From: Mucilaginibacter sp.
GTDB taxonomy: Bacteria > Bacteroidota > Bacteroidia > Sphingobacteriales > Sphingobacteriaceae
Reading direction: 5' to 3'
DNA length: 64,000 nucleotides
Assembly (NCBI GenBank): GCA_036569325.1
Contig: DATCQV010000116.1
Span: 8,614 to 72,613, forward strand
This document shows positions 60,901 to 64,000 of this stretch, in pieces; positions within the stretch are counted from its first letter, which is position 1, and the number at the start of each line of letters is the position of its first letter. The notes under the pieces were generated by a model. It was not told the origin of the DNA. It saw only the letters and a program-made list of their open reading frames with translations, and searched no databases. The position numbers and the translations under genes were made by a program.

Positions 60901-61304
60901 ACAATTGTCGCGAAGTAAGCTTTGACCTTGTCTATGACCGAAGTGCCCTTCTGTTTAATGACCACTGTCCCGTCTTCAATTTCATAGGTCAGCGGCTGGC
61001 CGTCCAGGCTGACTCGCAGCGCATCTTCCAATGTAGCGTCTTTCAGGTTGACTGTGACCGGTTTGCTCTGGCTGATGAGGTCGTCACTGTAAACAATATC
61101 GTGACCGCTTTGCTGCCGGATCTCGTTCAGCACTTTTTCCAGGGGCGCGCGTTTTTCGTTAAGGGTAATCTTCTGCGCAAAGGTGGCCGCGCTGACGGTC
61201 ATTATCGAGATCAGCAGGAAAAAGGCGGTGATCCTCATGACTAACAGTATTTTACGCGGCACATAAAAAAGCAGCTCGCGTATGCGTATTGCATTTAAAT
61301 TCAT
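57957..61304 (-). CDS. susC: SusC/RagA TonB-dependent transporter with N-terminal signalling (STN) domain
   Basis: STN and CarboxypepD-like N-terminus; KGADATSIYGSRAANGAILITTK; RRDGSSRFG; C-terminal F. Confidence 0.96.
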   Translation of the reverse strand: MNLNAIRIRELLFYVPRKILLVMRITAFFLLISIMTVSAATFAQKITLNEKRAPLEKVLNEIRQQSGHDIVYSDDLISQSKPVTVNLKDATLEDALRVSLDGQPLTYEIEDGTVVIKQKGTSVIDKVKAYFATIVVTGHVVDDEQGRPIAGATVAVKGTGNVTITDERGDFELKNVEDKAVIVISFVGYNKKEVTASSNLGIIRLSIASSPLDEVKVIAYGQTTGRLDVGDISTVSAKTIETQPVANPLLTLAGRVPGLLITQSTGMPGSAVTPQIQGSNSIGNGNDPFYVVDGVPYPSELLRNLGQVLGTTGNNYGISGSSMSFIDPNEIESISILKGADATSIYGSRAANGAILITTKKGKAGETRVDLNLRQGFGQVAHQMDLLNTPQFLQVRNEGNKNNGVTTQPSDYDINGTWDTTRYTNWQKQLIGGTAQYANYNASVSGGTISTQYLVGGTFHRETSVFPDNFSDRQGGVHFNINTSSTNQKFKFQLSGNYLIDDNKLPSIDLTYYAVTLSPDAPNLYTPNGSLNWMPDANGSSTWTNPLGILLRTYEKQTHNLIGSSLLSYQLTKNLNIQSSFGYNNLSSDENLLVPSASQRPENRPVTPSFGQFGNADQSSWIVEPKLRYNTVFGKGKLEVLLGGTIEQDNSSGLQLIARGFNDDEQLSDIGSASSVSVQSSIRATYKYSALYSRINYSLQDKYLLDLTARRDGSSRFGSANQFHNFGSAGVAWIFSQEKFVSDHIPFLSFGKLRSSYGTTGNDQIGDYQFLSLYYPAFASIPYQGLTGLIPGTPINPYLQWEATRKFEAGLDLGFFKDRILLTLDYYHNRSSNELLPYHLPATTGSASILTNFPATVQNTGVELALNTINIKNSSFSWRSGFNLTVPRNKLVAFPNLSTSTYGNFLTVGQPITITKVFHFLDVNPTTGLYEFAGINGPTSNPDPLTDQNIAVNTAPSLFGGFENSFQYKGLTLDFLFQFVRQKGLNDFFGNFPGNSNGYAGNQPVSVLDRWRKPGDRAPIQQYDANYMNYTSQADATISDAAYTSTSFIRLKNLSLSWTLPHGFTDKIKMRTCSVYMEGQNLLTFTPYKGLDPESASIYTLPPLRVFSFGIKAGF

Positions 61305-61399
61305 ATTTTTGAACTTGTTCGGGTGAATAGATTGGTCTGATACACGAGTTTATTGCTACCCTGGCGGTATAACCGCCGGGGCGGGTAGCCCGGACACCG

Positions 61400-61430
61400 A
61401 ACGTGTCCCGAATTGCAGTCGGGATACGTT
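61400..61430 (-). promoter_or_regulatory. Hairpin in fecR-susC intergenic leader
   Basis: Minus strand AACGTATCCCGA-ctgcaat-TCGGGACACGTT preceded by an A-tract. Confidence 0.5.
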
Positions 61431-61488
61431 TCTTTTTTCCGGCCCACCCTCAGGGCATCAACATCGTAAAATTTCTTTCATGGTTCGC

Positions 61489-62679
61489 TTATTTTGGGTT
61501 AATAGTCAGGGTTGTTTCACTTGACTTTTTTGTAAATACGGTCACGGTTTTGCCGTCCACCGCGAAATCGACCTGGCCGGCTTTACGGAAATAATCCAGG
61601 ATCGTCGACAGCTTTTTGGTGCGGCTCACCGAACCGCCAAAGCTTAGCTTACGGGCAGCGGCGTCCTGCCAGACCACGCGCACATCATAGATGCGCCCGA
61701 CCTGCCGCATGATACTTTCCAGGGTTTGATGGCGAAAGACCAGCTTCCCTTGCAGCCAGGCGGTTACTTGCTCTATATTCGCCTCATTTTTTTCCAGCGC
61801 ATCGCCCGTCAGCAGCGTCTGCTCGCCGGGCTTTAACAGTACGGAGCGGCCGTTATTGACGACCTCAACCGCGCCTTCGACCAACGTGGTGCTGAGCGCC
61901 GGCTCATCGGCATACGCGTTGATATTGAACTCGGTGCCAATATCCTGCACCTCCTCGTTAGCGACCAGCACCTTAAAGGGCTGCGAAGCATTGTGTTTCA
62001 CTTTGAAATAGACCTGTCCGGTCATGCTCACCGCTCTTTCCTTTCCGGCGAAGGCCACCGGGTAAGTAAGGCTGGAACCGATGTCCAGAACGGCCACCGT
62101 ACCATCTGCCAGCGTTACGCTGAACTTGTCGCCGCTGTTATTGGTTAAAATGTTGCTCTGCGGCAAGGCGTCAGCTTTTGGAGTTTCCTGGTATTTGAGT
62201 ACTCGGCCTGCCTGGCTAACGCTGGCGCCGCTAAGGGTAACCAAGCGGCCGTTGTTTCTGGGATCTAAAGCTATCTGACGATCTTTTGCAATCGTCAGCA
62301 CGACCCCTTGCTGAGCAGGGCTGATCTGTTCGGCCTGATTGTGAGCGATCTGCTGTACGGGTGCGCGGTGCAAGTAGAAATAGCCGCCTACCGATAACAA
62401 CATCAGTAAGGATGCTGCGACAGCGATCCGCAGCGGCCGATACCATATCGACCGGACTTTTGGCCGCTCTTCGCGTTCAATGGCCGCCCATATGCCGGCT
62501 TCGAGTTTTTCTTCCAGCAACCGCATTTCTTCCGGCGACAGGCTTCCCAGCAGGCCCGGGTCCTTTTCCAGAAAACGGTCATATGCTTCCAGGAATTTTT
62601 GTTCTTCGGCCGTAGCTTTGCCGTCCAGGTACCTGCGTACCATTTTGAGTAATTCCGTGCGGTTGTTGTATAGCTTCAT
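61489..62679 (-). CDS. fecR: FecR family anti-sigma factor
   Basis: TM helix IAVAASLL; LADGTVAVL; GQVYFKV; GTEFNI; TTLVEGAV. Confidence 0.93.
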   Translation of the reverse strand: MKLYNNRTELLKMVRRYLDGKATAEEQKFLEAYDRFLEKDPGLLGSLSPEEMRLLEEKLEAGIWAAIEREERPKVRSIWYRPLRIAVAASLLMLLSVGGYFYLHRAPVQQIAHNQAEQISPAQQGVVLTIAKDRQIALDPRNNGRLVTLSGASVSQAGRVLKYQETPKADALPQSNILTNNSGDKFSVTLADGTVAVLDIGSSLTYPVAFAGKERAVSMTGQVYFKVKHNASQPFKVLVANEEVQDIGTEFNINAYADEPALSTTLVEGAVEVVNNGRSVLLKPGEQTLLTGDALEKNEANIEQVTAWLQGKLVFRHQTLESIMRQVGRIYDVRVVWQDAAARKLSFGGSVSRTKKLSTILDYFRKAGQVDFAVDGKTVTVFTKKSSETTLTINPK

Positions 62680-62765
62680 GATGGTCTTCAGGTGTATGTA
62701 CCAAAAAATGAAGAATGTATTAAAAGAAATTTAATATTTTTTTAACACGAAGGTTGGAGGGCCGT

Positions 62766-63350
62766 TCAGGAATGGCCGATCAGTACGGCCAGGGCAGCCA
62801 GCGACAAAAAATGGGCCAGGCGGCTGCGCAGGCTTTGGGTAGCCGTGTAAAGCTGGCTTTGCACGGTTTTTTGAGAAATGCCCAGTTGTTCCGCGATTTT
62901 GCGGGTGGACAGTTCCTCGCGGTAATACAGCAAAAAGATCGTACGCCGTTTTTCGGGTAAGGCGGCCAGCCATAACTCAACCAGTTGCAGGATTTCCGTC
63001 TCCCGCAAATGGTCGTCGGCACTGACTGGCGACCAGATGATCTCGTCGAAAGTGTCGAGATAAAGGGCTTTTTGCGGCTCACGGCTTACCCTCTTGTAGA
63101 ACTGGAACCTCGCAGCGGAATGAAGATATGCAGGCAGGTTAACGATAGCCAATTGTTCCCGCCTTATCCATAGGTCGGTAAAGACATTCTGTACAATGTC
63201 CTGGCACTGTTCCTTGTCCCGGCTCTTTTTATAAAGCGCGTTATAAACGTCCGGCCAATACTTACGGTAAATCAGCGCAAAGGCTGTGCGGTCACCCGCT
63301 TTCAGCCGGAGCGTCAATTCATCATCAGTTAGGTCCAAAGCAGCGGCCAT
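62766..63350 (-). CDS. ECF RNA polymerase sigma-70 factor
   Basis: AFALIYRKYW; DIVQNVFTDLW; LPEKRRTIFLL...IAEQLGISQKTV. Confidence 0.93.
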   Translation of the reverse strand: MAAALDLTDDELTLRLKAGDRTAFALIYRKYWPDVYNALYKKSRDKEQCQDIVQNVFTDLWIRREQLAIVNLPAYLHSAARFQFYKRVSREPQKALYLDTFDEIIWSPVSADDHLRETEILQLVELWLAALPEKRRTIFLLYYREELSTRKIAEQLGISQKTVQSQLYTATQSLRSRLAHFLSLAALAVLIGHS

Positions 63351-63434
63351 AGTGTATTAAAATAAAACGAATTTAATGTTTTATTTGGGTAAAATCAAAG
63401 GTTACTAATTTAAACGACTCTGTAGAGTCAATCC

Positions 63435-64000
63435 CTACCGGACCATTTTTTCAATCAATGCCGCTTGCAACGCATCGATATTAGCGGTTTGTACGTTGCT
63501 CAGCAAGATGAACGTCACATCCTGCTCCGGCAACCAGATAAGCCGGGTCCTGATCCCCCAAATAGCGCCCTGGCGCTCGGCGATCCTCACTTTCTTATTA
63601 CCCACCGTCTTGTCGTACACCCATATCCCAAAACCATACCGCGAAAGGTAAGGCTGCAGGATCAGCCGTACGCTGCCTTCTTTTAATAGCCGGTAACCAT
63701 AAAGGGCATTCGCAAACTGCAGCAGGTCATCCGCATTGGAATACAAGCCGCCAGCCGCCCAATAGTTCTCCGTATAGATCGGCGGGAGCCGTTCGATCAC
63801 CTTCGTACTGTCATTCACCATATAAACATCCGCGAGCCTGGGTATCACCTTGAGCATGCCGAACATGCCCGTATGCGTGAGATGCAGCGGCACCAGTATC
63901 TTTTCGCGGAGGACTTCTTCGTAAGGCATTTTACAGACAGCCTCGATGATCTTGCCCAAAATGACGTAATCGCCGTTATTGTAGTTAAACACTTTGCCGG
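63435..64000 (-). CDS. Serine hydrolase (beta-lactamase-related), 5' part outside window
   Basis: FNYNNGDYVILGKIIE; AAGGLYSNADDL; YGFG. Confidence 0.85.
   Translation of the reverse strand, partial: GKVFNYNNGDYVILGKIIEAVCKMPYEEVLREKILVPLHLTHTGMFGMLKVIPRLADVYMVNDSTKVIERLPPIYTENYWAAGGLYSNADDLLQFANALYGYRLLKEGSVRLILQPYLSRYGFGIWVYDKTVGNKKVRIAERQGAIWGIRTRLIWLPEQDVTFILLSNVQTANIDALQAALIEKMVR

Overview
Bacteroidota DNA, resembling Sphingobacteriaceae such as Mucilaginibacter, in four blocks. (1) 1-13.3 kb: a minus-strand surface-polysaccharide locus (GT2s, methyltransferases, Wzm/Wzt ABC exporter, acyltransferase, GT4) plus an inverted GT11 gene. Embedded in it is the standout feature: an IS110-family DEDD recombinase with intact catalytic motifs. 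It has a divergent XRE regulator, a perfect 22-bp palindrome between the two genes, and three tandem ~223-bp structured, covarying non-coding repeats right after its stop codon. These look like an array of bridge/seek-type guide RNAs. (2) 13.5-18.5 kb: an internally deleted IS200, an IS630 transposase with an IS21-like N-terminus, and a Crp-lipoprotein-small protein cassette. (3) 18.7-48.1 kb: a partly decayed CTnDOT-like ICE (rteC, tra, mob, parA, two integrases) with zeta-toxin, phosphoesterase, S1/P1 nuclease and helicase cargo. (4) 48.6-64 kb: an ECF sigma/FecR/SusC/SusD/thioredoxin/S9 peptidase/GH51 locus. No rRNA, intact tRNA or CRISPR array was seen. All family calls are from motif recognition by eye, not database searches.
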